A stretch of DNA of 64,000 nt, taken from positions 28,954,001 through 29,018,000 of the forward strand of contig NC_043016.1 in the NCBI RefSeq assembly GCF_006345805.1, given 5' to 3'. This stretch comes from Octopus sinensis. Lineage: Eukaryota. This document shows positions 1 to 12,790 of this stretch, piece after piece; positions within the stretch are counted from its first letter, which is position 1; each line of letters opens with the position of its first letter. The notes beneath the pieces were generated by a model, which was given only the letters and a program-made list of their open reading frames with translations, was not told where the DNA came from and searched no databases. The translations under genes and the position numbers were made by a program.

Positions 1-13
1 AAACGAACCCTAG

Positions 14-426
14 TACTTACTCTTTACTCTTTTACTTGTTTCAGTCATTTGACTGCGGCCATGCTGGAGCACTGCCTTTAATTGAGCAACTCGACCCCGG
101 GACTTATTCTTTTGTAAGCCCAGTACATATTCTATCGGTCTCTTTTGCCGAACTGCTAAGTAACGGGGACATAAACACACCAGCATCGGTTGTCAAGCAA
201 TGCTAGGGGGACAAACACACACACACAAACACACACACGCATATATATATATATACATATATACGATGGGCTTCTTTCAGTTTCTGTCTACCAAATCCAC
301 ACACAAGGCTTTGGTTGGCCCGAGGCTATAGTAGAAGACACTTGCTCAAGGTGTCACGCAGTGGGACTGGACCCGGAACCATGTGGTTGGTAAACAAGCT
401 ACTTACCACACAGCCACTCCTGCGCC
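14..426 (-). mobile_element. tRNA-derived SINE family 1 (octopus-type), full length
   Basis: Minus strand starts GGCGCAGGAGTGGCTGTGTGG (A box) ... GGTCCAGTCCC (B-box-like), has an internal CA/TA microsatellite and an (AAGAGTA)n-like tail. Near-identical copies occur elsewhere in the window. Confidence 0.85.
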
Positions 427-1064
427 ACTTACATTTTTTAAAAATTATTTTTTTAAAGTCTGTTACTTATTCTGTCGGTCTCGTTCGCCTAACAACCAAG
501 TTATGGAGATGTAGACAAACCAATATCTATATAACTTATATTAGGGATTAACTTACTCTATATAGATATCCCTGTCCTTTTTTTTCTCACTGCCTGCAGG
601 ATAGGATAGTCTGCAAAATGTCCCTATGCTTAACCCTTTTCTTTATTTCTCCGATCTACTTGTATGACCAACAGACTTTATATCTCATTATGAGCATTCA
701 CATGTAGATTTAAGTTGATGTGATCTAATTGAGCTGTTGTCTGGAACTTTCTAAAGCAACAAGAAGTGTCTGCTGTGAAAATTCTTAGGAAAATGGGCAC
801 AAACAATATGAATTGAGTTGAATGCAATTGGTATTTCTATAATTTGCAGCAAAGTAAAATAATTATTCTATGATTGTACCTCTTCCAGAATAATAGGCTG
901 TCAAATAATAAGGTACGCAAAAGTAGAGGTTTGTTTTCTATGAAAACCGACAATGATCATGAATAATTTGTAATTGTGATTTAAAAGATTTATTGGTCTA
1001 TTGTTTTTACATATGGCTCCATATGAAAGAGGATGGTATACTACAAATCTTCAGGGTGAGATAT

Positions 1065-1385
1065 CATTAGATGTCAAAATGGTATATCACCTATGTCAGG
1101 ACAATGTAGCTTAGATATCACAATGGTATATCATAATGATATGTCACAATGGTATGTCACCAAATATCACAATAATATATCACCAGATGTCATGATGGTA
1201 TATCACCAGATGTCAATGATATATCATCAGATCTCACTAGATGTCATGATGGTATATCACCAGATATCATGTTGGTATATTGCAACAGTATACTACCAGA
1301 TGTCACAATGATATTTCTCCAGATGTCACAATGTTATTTCACCAGATATCACAAGATGTCACAATTGTATATTACCAGTTGTCAG
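1065..1385. repeat. Degenerate ~23-bp minisatellite (CCAGATGTCACAATGGTATATCA-like) in a Clock intron
   Basis: Repeated CAGATGTCA...GGTATATCAC units, about a dozen imperfect copies. Confidence 0.8.
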
Positions 1386-1650
1386 ATGCTGTTAAAAAGT
1401 TTGAATAAGAATTTTTCAGGAACATTATCAAGGCTTTTTGGTTTTCTTTTTTTTATTATTGAGACAATAGACCTCTACCTACCATCTCAGACAATGTTCA
1501 TAAAATTAATTCAGTGTGATTTAAAGGTAAGCAACAAATGTATAATACAGAAAAAACATTAAACAATTTTGTTTTAAATTACAACTTTTAACTGAAACTT
1601 TCTAAGCAACATAAATGAAATGTTTAAAATACGTTTTTTATTGATTTCAG

Positions 1651-1828
1651 AATTTGTTCCCCCAGTTGTTTTTAACTCCAGCTCAAAAACAATTACATAA
1701 ACAACTCAAATTCAAATCTCAGCAACTGCAACAAACAATTCTCAGACAACAAGAAGAGCTGAGACAAATCACCGAGGAACTTACTCTAGCACAACAGTTC
1801 ATGCCAATTACTGATGCTGCAACTCCAG
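1651..1828 (+). CDS. Clock: Penultimate coding exon of a CLOCK-like bHLH-PAS transcription factor (exon-19-type coiled coil)
   Basis: Acceptor ttgatttcag|1651 and donor cag|gtaag after 1828. Translation NLFPQLFLTPAQKQLHKQLKFKSQQLQQTILRQQEELRQITEELTLAQQFMPITDAATP matches the CLOCK 'I(H/L)RQQEELR(K/Q)I.E.L' coiled coil as I recall it. The bHLH/PAS exons lie upstream of the window, so identity rests on this motif. Confidence 0.78.
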
Positions 1829-2258
1829 GTAAGAATTTCTTCATATTTTTATTTCTTGGAAAAGTGAGTGAGGAGCAAACTGATGTGTAAAACTGGTATC
1901 CTGATTTTAATAACATTCCACCTTATTCAGGATGCACCACTCTATATAGTACACATCAAGCACCATTTGTATTACAATATCTAAGGCGATGAGATAGCAG
2001 AATCATTATCATGCCAGGCAAAATGCTTAGTGGCATATTGCCTGTCTTTATGTTCTGAAGTCGACCGTCTTTCATCCTTTTAGGGTTTGTAGAATAAGTA
2101 TCAGTTGAGCATTAGTGTCTGTGTAAATTGACTTACCTCAACACCCAAAATTGTTGGCTTTGTGCCAAAATTTTAAATCAGCGTTGTGATAAAAGTGTTA
2201 AACCTTGGACAAGACACACCACTCTATATAAATACACATCTTACACCATTAGTTTTAA

Positions 2259-2478
2259 CCCTTTCGTTACTGTATTTATTTTGAGATGCACTGTGTTTCT
2301 TTCAATTATTTTAAATATAACAAAGAATTTAGTAAAATAACTTAGTTATCATTAACCTAGTGTTAGGAATGTAAATTGTGACTAAGGCTTGGTGGAATAT
2401 TTTAATTCAAAACTTACGAAAACAAGACATTTTACCACAGAGCCTGAGCTGGTTTTGGCCGGGTTAGTAACAAAAGGG
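2259..2478. mobile_element. piggyBac-type MITE
   Basis: TTAA at 2255-2258 and 2479-2482. TIR CCCTTTCGTTAC / GTAACAAAAGGG (11/12 match). Related internal sequence recurs at ~3300-3660, 4440-4850, 29640-30230 and 59400-59600. Confidence 0.8.
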
Positions 2479-2874
2479 TTAAAATAGATAAAATATTAGA
2501 TAAAATATTAAACCTTAAATTAGACACACCACTTTATATAAATACACTAACATGAGTATGATTATAAAACACTAAATAAGTAAATCTTTGGCAAGTCTTT
2601 CTATTAGATCTATGAACATATCAAGTAATTTAAATAGTTCATCTAAAATATGCAGAATTTTATCTTTCTGGTGTTAGCCTTTCTCTTGGAGAGAGAACAA
2701 CCATCTTTTTTTTGTTTTTGTTTTTCCATCAGTCAGCATTTTAGATAACATAGTAAATGGATTTTGCAAGCTGTTTAAATGTTTTAGCAAACAGTTTATG
2801 CTTAATTAGATGAGTCATCATTTTTCTATCTGATATGATGCTAATTAACCTTTGTCAGTTAATTAAAAGTTGAT

Positions 2875-3262
2875 AGGCATAGGAGTGGCTGTGTTGTAAG
2901 TAGCTTGCTTATGAACCACATGGTTCCGGGTTCAATCTGACTGTGTGGCACCTTGGGCAAGTGTCTTCTACTATAGCCTCGGGCCAACCAAAGCCTTGTG
3001 AGTGGATTTGATAGACAGAAACTGAAAGAAGCCCGTTGTATATATATATATGTGTGTGTGTTTGTGTGTCTGTGTTTGTCCCCTTAACATCGCTTGACAA
3101 CCGATGCTGGTGTATTTATGTCCCCGTAACTTAGCGGTTCGGCAAAAGAGACCGATAGAATAAGTACTAGGCTTACAAAGAATAAGTCCTGGGGTCAAAT
3201 TATTCGACTAAAGGCGGTTCTCCAGCATGGCCAAAGTCAAATAACTGAAACAAGTAAAAGAG
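2875..3262 (+). mobile_element. SINE family 1 copy
   Basis: GGCATAGGAGTGGCTGTG head through the CAAGTAAAAGAG tail; reverse complement of the 14-426 element. Confidence 0.85.
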
Positions 3263-4918
3263 ATCATGTGACTAAGTTTTAGCACAATTTGAATTTAATC
3301 CTTTAGGTACCAACCTGCCCCTGCCCCTATGATTCAAAATTTCTGTTCTAAAGTGAGCTAAATTGGAACCTATCATCTCTAATTTTATGTTCAAAACACC
3401 AGTTTATTAACAACAGCTATTTTCACTAAATTCTTTGTAAATTTTCAAAATTAATTGAAACAACTGCTGTATACTACAACAGAAATAGTGCAATGAAAGT
3501 TTATGAACATTAAAATATGTCACTTCAACCCATATGATGCCAATCCAACTGAAACCACCCCTGGTTTTATAACACAAGCTTACTGCTTTGAAGAGATCTA
3601 AAAACCTTCCATCAAAATTTGTGCTAATTTATGTTCTAAATACTAGCTTAATAATGACTTTTTAAAAATTGAGGCACCCTTCACTCCTCGGTATAACCTC
3701 AGTTTTATGTTGTGTATTTCTACCAATAACGTCAATGTAATTGAGTAATTTTCATCCTTTATTAGGGTGCAAAGCTCATCATCATTTAATCTGTTTTTCA
3801 TGCTAACATAGTGTTGTGGAAAGGTCCTGAACACCTCCATGTGACTGAAAGTGGACTAATGGATTGCAATAAATCAAGAACTGTGTCAACTGTCCATGAC
3901 AGTTGACAGTGTTGGTTGACCATATTGGTTACTGTGTTAGTGCAATGTGCGTTGGTTTAATATCATACCTATGTTCAAGTAGTATGGAGTACGTTTTGTG
4001 TAAACATAATAATTCTGCAATAGGTTATTTTAAATAACCACATTCGAATATTTATTTGAGTTATACTATTTTACATGCAACATGTACACACACTTCATAA
4101 CACATAGATTGAACCATTTGACAAGGAACTGGCAAGCTATAGAACTGCACCAGGCTCCAATTGTCTGTTTTGGCATGGTTTCTATGGATGGATGCTCTTT
4201 CTAACACCAACTGCCTTACACTATGTACTTACACTATGCACTGGGTACTTTTTTATGTGGCAACATGTAAAAAGTCTCTAAAATATAACACATCTAATAT
4301 GACATGGTAATTAGTACCATAGTAGCAGCTAGCGAAGTCTACCCAGAATTGAGAATCAATTTTAAAAATGAGTGGAATGTGTCTGTAAATCTTGTATTTG
4401 GTCTTGTGCTCACTCTATGAAATGTTTTATACAGTCATGTGTAGCTTACTATTGTTTCATAGTCCATGTTTTGGATTATGACAAAGTTATTTCATTAATT
4501 CCAAAATTAACAGAAGCAGAGGCAGTGTTTTTCAACAGAAATAGGTGACAAAAAGTTAAAGTGACCTAAATCAATGCCTTTCACTAAAAGTTCATGTTAA
4601 TTTATGTTCCAAACAATAGCTTAATAATGACGAAGTTACTTTATTAAATGTTTTATTTCAAAATTACTTAATTAAAACAAAGACAGTGTATTGCAACAAA
4701 AATATGGTAACAAACTAGTTAAAGTGGTCTAAATTAAAATCTTCCTTCAAAATTTTTTGTTAAACACCAACTTAATAATAACAACAAAATTATTTTATCA
4801 AATTGTTCACTATTTTTAAAGTTAATTGAAATAAAAGCAGTATATTCATACCTAAACATCCAATTCATTAAATTTTATGAAGTTAAATTATTAATTTGGT
4901 TCTCTTTTATATTTCCAG

Positions 4919-5145
4919 GAACACAGATGTTGATGATGAATCCCACATTTACTTCACAGACAACAGATGTTCACAACACACCTTCCACTTCCCAGTTTAA
5001 TATTTTGCAACACCCTGTCACCATCCAGCAACCAGTACAGCAGCAATTTTTGCCTTTCCAAATACTTCCCACTACCTCTGGACAAATTCTACGTCAGTCA
5101 CCTAGTTCCAGTACACCTAATGTACATCAGCAACCACAGCAGTGA
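4919..5145 (+). CDS. Clock: Terminal coding exon of the CLOCK-like gene (Q/P/S/T-rich tail)
   Basis: Polypyrimidine acceptor tctcttttatatttccag|4919. The phase-1 junction with the upstream exon gives G-T-Q-M-L-M-M-N... in frame, ending in TGA at 5143-5145. The Q-rich low-complexity tail is typical of CLOCK C-termini. Confidence 0.75.
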
Positions 5146-5169
5146 TACACAGAAAATAATAGTGCTGGG

Positions 5170-5210
<41 letters not shown>

Positions 5211-5822
5211 CACACACACATATACACATTCTTAGACACTCGTGCATACACATGTATACACACATATGCATGTAAATGTGTTTATGTAATATGACATGTG
5301 TTTGTATATGTACATACAAAGATATATATATACACATGTGCACATATGCTTCTGTCTGTGTATACACACACACACACATCCTTGTATATACATATATGCA
5401 TACATATAAATAAACATATATTTATTTATATATAACTATGCATTTATATATATTTATATATATATTATATATATACATCTATATAAACATACACACATAC
5501 ACATATACATGTGTTTGTGTGTATGTGTGTGTGTGTGTGTGTGTGTTTGTGTGTGTATGGCAAATCTTTATAATGAACTAGTCTCATATATTATAAATTG
5601 AATAATTGTAAATCCAAGTCTGAACTTTGGCAAGCAAATATTACACATACACACACACACACAGCTATTAATATAAATACATGTGCATTAGCACTTGAAA
5701 ACATATGAATTTGTGGTGGTGGGGGTGGGAAAAGATTGTCTAATTTAGCAACAATAGTAATAATATTAACATTGATGATGATGATGATGATGATTCCTTT
5801 GTTGTTGCCACAAGGAGATACA

Positions 5823-5853
<31 letters not shown>

Positions 5854-6098
5854 TTGGGGGTGTTTTTGAAAGAGGATAAAAAAAATAGTCAATTACAATT
5901 ATGAATATATTTCCTCTACATTAATTTAAACATTGTTCCCTTTTACCATATTTTTATTTTATTATTCTGGATTAAAACGTTTTAAATATTTTCATTTTGG
6001 TTTTTTTTTATACTCCCCCCACACATAAACATACATATATACATACATGCAAGCACTTTGTATATTCTATTATTATTATTATTATTATTATTATTTAA

Positions 6099-6142
<44 letters not shown>

Positions 6143-6240
6143 TATTATTATTATTATTATTTATTATTATAATAATAATAATAATAATTATTATTATTAT
6201 ATTTTAAAAGGATTGACATAACTCCTCACAGGGGTAAAAT

Positions 6241-6625
6241 AGACAAGGCAAAGAGCACGATGTGATTGCAATAGATGTTTTATTGGTTGAACGATATTTC
6301 AATAGCTAGCCTGCCTTTGGTCAAGTCAAAAATGAAAATGATACATAGAAATTCAAATTCAAAATTTGAACGAGGCAACCAGTGTTCTCATATTGATGGA
6401 ATGGCATCATCAGCCTTCAATTTTCAACTTTACAACTGACAAAAAGAAAAAGAAGTACAGTACTGGTTGTCTCGTTCAAATTTTTATAGAAATTTGAATT
6501 TCTATAATTCTGAATTTCTATGTATCACTTTTCATTTTGAACTTGACAAAGACAAGCTAGATGTCAAAATATCGTTCAAACAATAAAACATCTATTGCAA
6601 TTGCATCACGCTCTTTGTATTGTCT
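6241..6625. repeat. Imperfect inverted repeat (arms ~6241-6383 and ~6462-6625) downstream of the Clock stop
   Basis: GATTGCAATAGATGTTTTATTGGTTGAACGATATTT pairs with AAATATCGTTCAAACAATAAAACATCTATTGCAATT; TTTGAACGAGGCAACCAGT pairs with ACTGGTTGTCTCGTTCAAA. Confidence 0.85.
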
Positions 6626-6629
6626 GTTG

Positions 6630-6679
<50 letters not shown>

Positions 6680-6941
6680 GTTATCATTATTATTATTATG
6701 TACACCAAAAGCACACTGTGTCCTCCAGATATATCTTTTATATACATATATATATTACTTATAAGATAAGAAAGGAGAAAGAAAAAAGAAAAAAAAGACA
6801 AGAATCATGAACTTTTGCAGTTGAATCATTCAATCTCAACATCTTAACATTTTGGTACTCTTCAGGAATTCTTTGATTTCTTACATTTGTTATCAGAAAA
6901 CAGTTACATACATACACACATATATATATACATATATACAC

Positions 6942-6988
<47 letters not shown>

Positions 6989-7153
6989 AGTGTGTGTGTA
7001 TATATAATCACAACAAATTTTCAATTTTTTTTTGTTCATAACTTTTATTCTTTTCCTGGTTAAATTTCTTGATTGTTTTTTTAAAGGAAAATTTTTGATC
7101 TCATTATTTGTAAAATTCAGGAAATAGCAAAACCATTGTATTATATATTTCTC

Positions 7154-7191
<38 letters not shown>

Positions 7192-7792
7192 GTTTTTCAA
7201 GTTCTAAGAAATAATTTTTTTTCCCCATTACCATTGTATAAGTCAATATTTCATTTCTACTGGTTACAACGTGTTTTTTTTTTCGCGTTTCTTATTTAAA
7301 ATGAACTTGTTTTGATTTTTGGATTTATTTACATTTAAACAAACATACAGTTACTAATAAAAAATAATATAATTACTAATTCTCTAAGATATACAGAATA
7401 AAAGAGAGAAAGAGAGATGCGTGCACGTTTATAAATGGAGCAAATGGTAGTATGAGAGATATTTTCACAATATTTCAAACATTCTATAAATGATACATAT
7501 TGATAAATGATATATATTTCACAACATGACATGTAAATTTTAGTCAGTTGATAAGATTGACTTCTCTCACATCTCGCAATGTCTTAATGTTGCAACTTTA
7601 AGAAAGAAAAAAAAAACAGAAGGAAAAAAAATAGGTCCATTCATACCCCATCTCCCATGGTGCTTAATTTCTGTTAATGAAAGCCCCCTGGGTAGCATGA
7701 GGAGAAGAAATAGACATCATTAACAAGAATGTTGTGCAAATCAATCATAGTTTGTTGATACTACTACCACTAATAATAATAATAGTAATAAC

Positions 7793-7827
<35 letters not shown>

Positions 7828-8537
7828 TCAGACAACAAGTAGATATAAAAATGGTGTTTTGATGAATTTCTGTTGACATTTCATTAATTTTTTTTTTTTT
7901 TTAATTTTAAAAAAATTATGGGGAAAAAGAATTCCATAATTGCATTTCTTTGCCTCTGTGTGCTATTCATGTGTGTTTTTACTTAGTGCAAATGAGTGTA
8001 TGCATGTGTGTACACGTGTGTGTATGTATGCATTCTTGTGTGTGTATATATTAATGTAAGTATATGCCTGTATATATGTATAGTTGTGTGCTATATATAA
8101 AAACAAAAATCTAAAATTTGTTAAGTTTATATAAAGTATATTCATATTTTGAATACTTAAAAAAAAATTCCCCTGCCCCCTAAAAACAAAAAACAAAATA
8201 AACAATCATGAAATTCCCTCCCAAAATTCTTCCTATAATTTACCATTATGAAATGTTACTGTATAATATTAAGTTGATTTTAAAATATTGTTAACATAAC
8301 ATCTCTATTGAAAGTTGATATATCTTGTTACAAAGTTTGTTAGTCCAACCAATTCTATATACATGTATTAGTTATATGAAATAATTCGCTATAAATGATA
8401 TTCTGTCATCATCTGGCAATAAATTACCATCCCTTACATTTAAAAATGGCACTTGATAATATATGTATATTTTTTAAACTGTGTTCTTTTTAAATTTATT
8501 CATAGACATCCACAGCACATATGCTCATTATCATATA

Positions 8538-8574
<37 letters not shown>

Positions 8575-8598
8575 TATATAATATATATATATGTGTTG

Positions 8599-8635
<37 letters not shown>

Positions 8636-8689
8636 GTGTGTATATATATATATAATAATATATATACTATTATTATTATTTCTTTTTAA

Positions 8690-10030
8690 CTCAGGTTTTG
8701 TTGGAACTTCTGGAGTCCTTGCATGTGTAGCAGGCTTGCTACCTGCAGCCTATCGCACCATGCTATCTGTTCTTTTCAACTAATACTTTCCTGATGACTT
8801 TGATCATGTTAAATGAGGCAAACCTTTTATAACAGTTCTGCAAGACACTATTCCAATGTCTTTTATATTCCTCTTGATGCCTTCTGATACTATCCACAAG
8901 GATCCAACAATAATTGGCACTATCTTCACTTTCATTTTCCACAGTCTAGCTATCTTGTACTTAAGAGGATTGTATATGTCTAATATTTGTCTTCCTTCTT
9001 GACTATTTGTGTGTCAAAGGGACACATATCAATTATAGAGCACATGTGGTCTACTTAGTCCACCACTACTACTTCTGGCTTGTTGTGCTTAAGCACCTAA
9101 TCTATTTGGATTGGAAAATCCCACAGGATTTTGCAGGTCTCTGACTCTGCCACTCTCTGTGATTTGTGCTCATACCATGTCTTATCTCTCTCTAACTCTC
9201 ACTTTTCACACAGTTTCCAATGTAGCATTTTTGCTACCTCATTGTGTCGCCACAACTTATATTGGTTTCAGGCAAGTTTACGGGATTCGTTCATGATTTG
9301 GGCAATTGTTTTGTCAACTCTAAATAGATTTGGCACAGTGGAGATACTTGATTATTCCTAAGATTCACCCTCCAGTTTTTGGCCAAGGCTTGGTCTTGTG
9401 CTGCCAATATTGTGCTCTCAGTCTGACCACACCTTTTTTATTTCAATTTCCAGGTCCTTATATTTACATAATTTGTCAAATTCCTTAACAGATATATCTT
9501 TACCAGTGGGAACACTTATATCTATTAGTCTACAAGTATTTTCTTCCCTGTCTTTAATGACTGTCTGGTCGATTAGCCTGGATCATTCTGTTGATGTTGA
9601 CTGGAAAATCCCAGAGGATAGTGACGTTTTTAACTTTTACGACTGGCTCAGGATGATGTTCATACCTGAAAGCAGGTGTGCTGATTTTGTAGTGTTTCCA
9701 ATGTAAATACTGTCCTATCCTATCGTGGCGATATTTGTATTCATTTGATGTCAGCACAGGACATCTCTAGATGAGATGGTCTATCGTTTCGTCAAATATA
9801 TCGCAGATTCTGCATTTAGGGTCAGAACTGTTTTGAAGAACATTAGCCTGGTAGTTTTTGGTAAGCAAACTTTGATCTTGCGCTGCCAATATGAAACCTT
9901 CAGTCTCCCTATTATTATTATTATTATTTCTTTTTATTACAGGTTTTGTTGGAGCTCCTGGAATCTTGCATGCATAGTAGGTTTGCTACCTGCAGCCTAC
10001 GATACCATGCTATCCATTCTTTTCAATTAT
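8690..10030 (-). mobile_element. Fragmented R4/Dong-like (RLE) non-LTR retrotransposon 3' ends
   Basis: Minus translation EGFILAAQDQSLLTKNY...CRICDIFDETIDHLI*RCP..YKYRHDRIGQYLHW...TILWDFPV...QANRPD (CCHC knuckle plus RLE start). The 3' UTR is duplicated at ~8690-8780 and ~9935-10025, each next to a (TAA)n tail. Confidence 0.8.
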
Positions 10031-10419
10031 TATGAATATTATTATTGTCATTATTATTACTATTATTATTATTATTCATACCTGAAATATTCAGGACAAA
10101 ACAATGATGCATACCTCTCTTCAAAACATTAACCCCTACATATGAAAGCTGTTTTCATGTCCATGTGTACAAGAATGTGTTATGGAAATTAGATGTACTC
10201 ATCATTATTTCATACACACACACACACACACACACATACACATACACATATACAGACATGTGTGCCAGTGTGCACACATCTGACCTTTAAATCATTTCAA
10301 CTTTTGGAAATCAACCAACACCACAATATTTTGTCAACAACAGCAACTAAATGTAAATCTTTTGCTCCCTCACACATGTACATTGTTTTTCTTTATAACT
10401 TCAGTAGAATTTCAATTTG

Positions 10420-10481
<62 letters not shown>

Positions 10482-10484
10482 CAC

Positions 10485-10605
10485 ATGGCCTGCTCGCTTA
10501 GCCAGCGGTGGCGTCATTCGAAGGCTAAAACAATGCGAACGCATTGTGACCAGCGATGTGTAAAAACATCTGATGGTCTGGTCGGTCACGTGATCACGTG
10601 ATATA
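10485..10605 (+). mobile_element. 3' fragment of SINE family 3
   Basis: Reverse-complement match to 36655-36780 (GCATTGTGACCAGC..TGT..AACATCTGA.GG.CTGGTC). Confidence 0.65.
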
Positions 10606-12085
10606 CATACACATATACATATACACACACAGTGTATTATGTAAGAGTTGACACACATTACAAAAGTATTATCGACTCTTTAAGGTTAACACTGTACTGT
10701 GAGTTGTGTAAGAGTTAAGACACAACAATAAACAGTACTGTGGGTCTATAGAAGGGTTAACACCACAATAACAACAGGGTTTATAATTAGAGCAGTTATA
10801 TGATGTATAATGAAAACAAGAAGCAGTCTGCAAAATGGTTATCATATTGAAAAGAGGGTTTACAATTGACATAGGTGTGTAAATATTAAAAATTAATAGG
10901 AAGAAATGCTAAGAAATCTACTTATTTTTTAAATATTAAGCATTTTTTTTTATGGATATCGCTTTGAATTTGAGTATTTTAGAGAGAAATGTGTAAATAA
11001 ATATCACATTAAATGTTTATTTTGAAAACATATGATTAAAATATCACCATAGAAAGACCCTTACCACTGATGTGACCCTGTTTGCCTATCTGCTGTAAAT
11101 TAGCCCAAGACAAGGTGTAGTTCTTCTATGTGCTACTCAGCAAAGAATATATGTTTATATTTTTTATAACTATGTTTTATTTGTTAAATCGTTTAATAGA
11201 TCACAATATACATTGGATTCTTTTCTCACTTCTTTGCATCCCGATTTTTATTAAATAATATATGTATATGGATAATGTTTGACAGAAGCCGGTAGAAGAC
11301 TTGGTGGTGATGAGGTGTCACAATGAGCCCTGGGAGTAGAAAAACAGGAAGGGTAGGTGAATAGAGATTGTAAGAGTGTGGAAGCAATGAGGAATGGTTA
11401 GAGATGAAGTAGGGACGTGAATATACTGAATGAAGATCAAAGGTTGAAGTGGAGGTGGGGAATTGATAAATATGAGTTGGAAGGAAGGTTAGAGAAAATA
11501 ACAAGATGGAGAAGGGTACAGTGTATGGATCTTCCTCTAACAACATGTAAGTTGGAGGTCTTCCTCCAACAACATATAAGTTGGAGGAAGGATTTAAGAG
11601 AGTAGTAAGGAGTAACAAGCAACACAATAGTAATAATATATTCCAGTATCTCTGTATATTTGTATATCTTGTGAGACTATGGTCTTTATGCCTGCAATAT
11701 TCCTCTCCAAGATACAGGCCTGAGCTTCTTTTATTGCTTTTTTTTTAATATTTATTTTTTTTTTACCATTGAAGTCTAGTGGTTATTCTTGCATGAAAGT
11801 CTCCCTTCTCCACTGTTGAAGTCCAAAAGGGAAGGCAGCAAGGTCATCACAGACATTGTCATCAAAACTCAAAGAACTTAGCCATCAGAGCAAATACCAG
11901 AAGATAGCCCAACTACTAACACCCTAAAAACTCCACTAGTCCACTACCCTGGATGGATTAATACTTTTCTTTGATTGACACCCCACTTCACCTCAACATA
12001 TACACCTCTGAAAGGAGAAAGGTAGGGTTAACTTTAGCAGGATTAGAACTCTAGTTAGAATAAATACTGCATATATATATATTTA

Positions 12086-12116
<31 letters not shown>

Positions 12117-12669
12117 CATCATCATCATCATCATCGTTTAACATCTGTCTTCCATGCATATATGAGTACGATGGTTGACAGGAGCCGGGAAGGTAGAATA
12201 CTACCCCAGGCTACTGTGTCTCTTTTGGCAGGGTTTTTACAGCTGGATGCCCTTTCAAATGCTAATCACTTTACAGTGTTCATTATCATTTTAACATCTA
12301 CATTTCCATGCTTACATGGATTAGATGAGAGTATGTTGGAGTAGAGATTCCTATGAGTGGGTGTCCTTACTAACACTGCCTCCCCCATCCTGTTTTTAAG
12401 TAAAGTAATAATCTCCAAGTTTATCAAACAAAAATCACTTCCAATATGGTTAGATGGATAACCAGAAACAAACATCATCAGTTGAATGAGACTATTGCTT
12501 ACAAAGTTTGCACAGACATATCAGTATGCTTGAACATGTTTTTGTAGTGGACTTCAAGTAATTAACATGTTAGCAGAACCACTGTTACAACCAATGAATG
12601 AACATACTTGCAGATGAAGGAAACATCAATTCTTGCTCACAAGTATACACATGCAAATATACACACACA

Positions 12670-12747
<78 letters not shown>

Positions 12748-12790
12748 CTTATATATATATATCTATTTATATATAGATATATATATATAT

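Noticed and set aside
11226-11627. 133-aa minus ORF in a purine-skewed block
   Set aside because: No domain recognised; probably a decayed LINE fragment.
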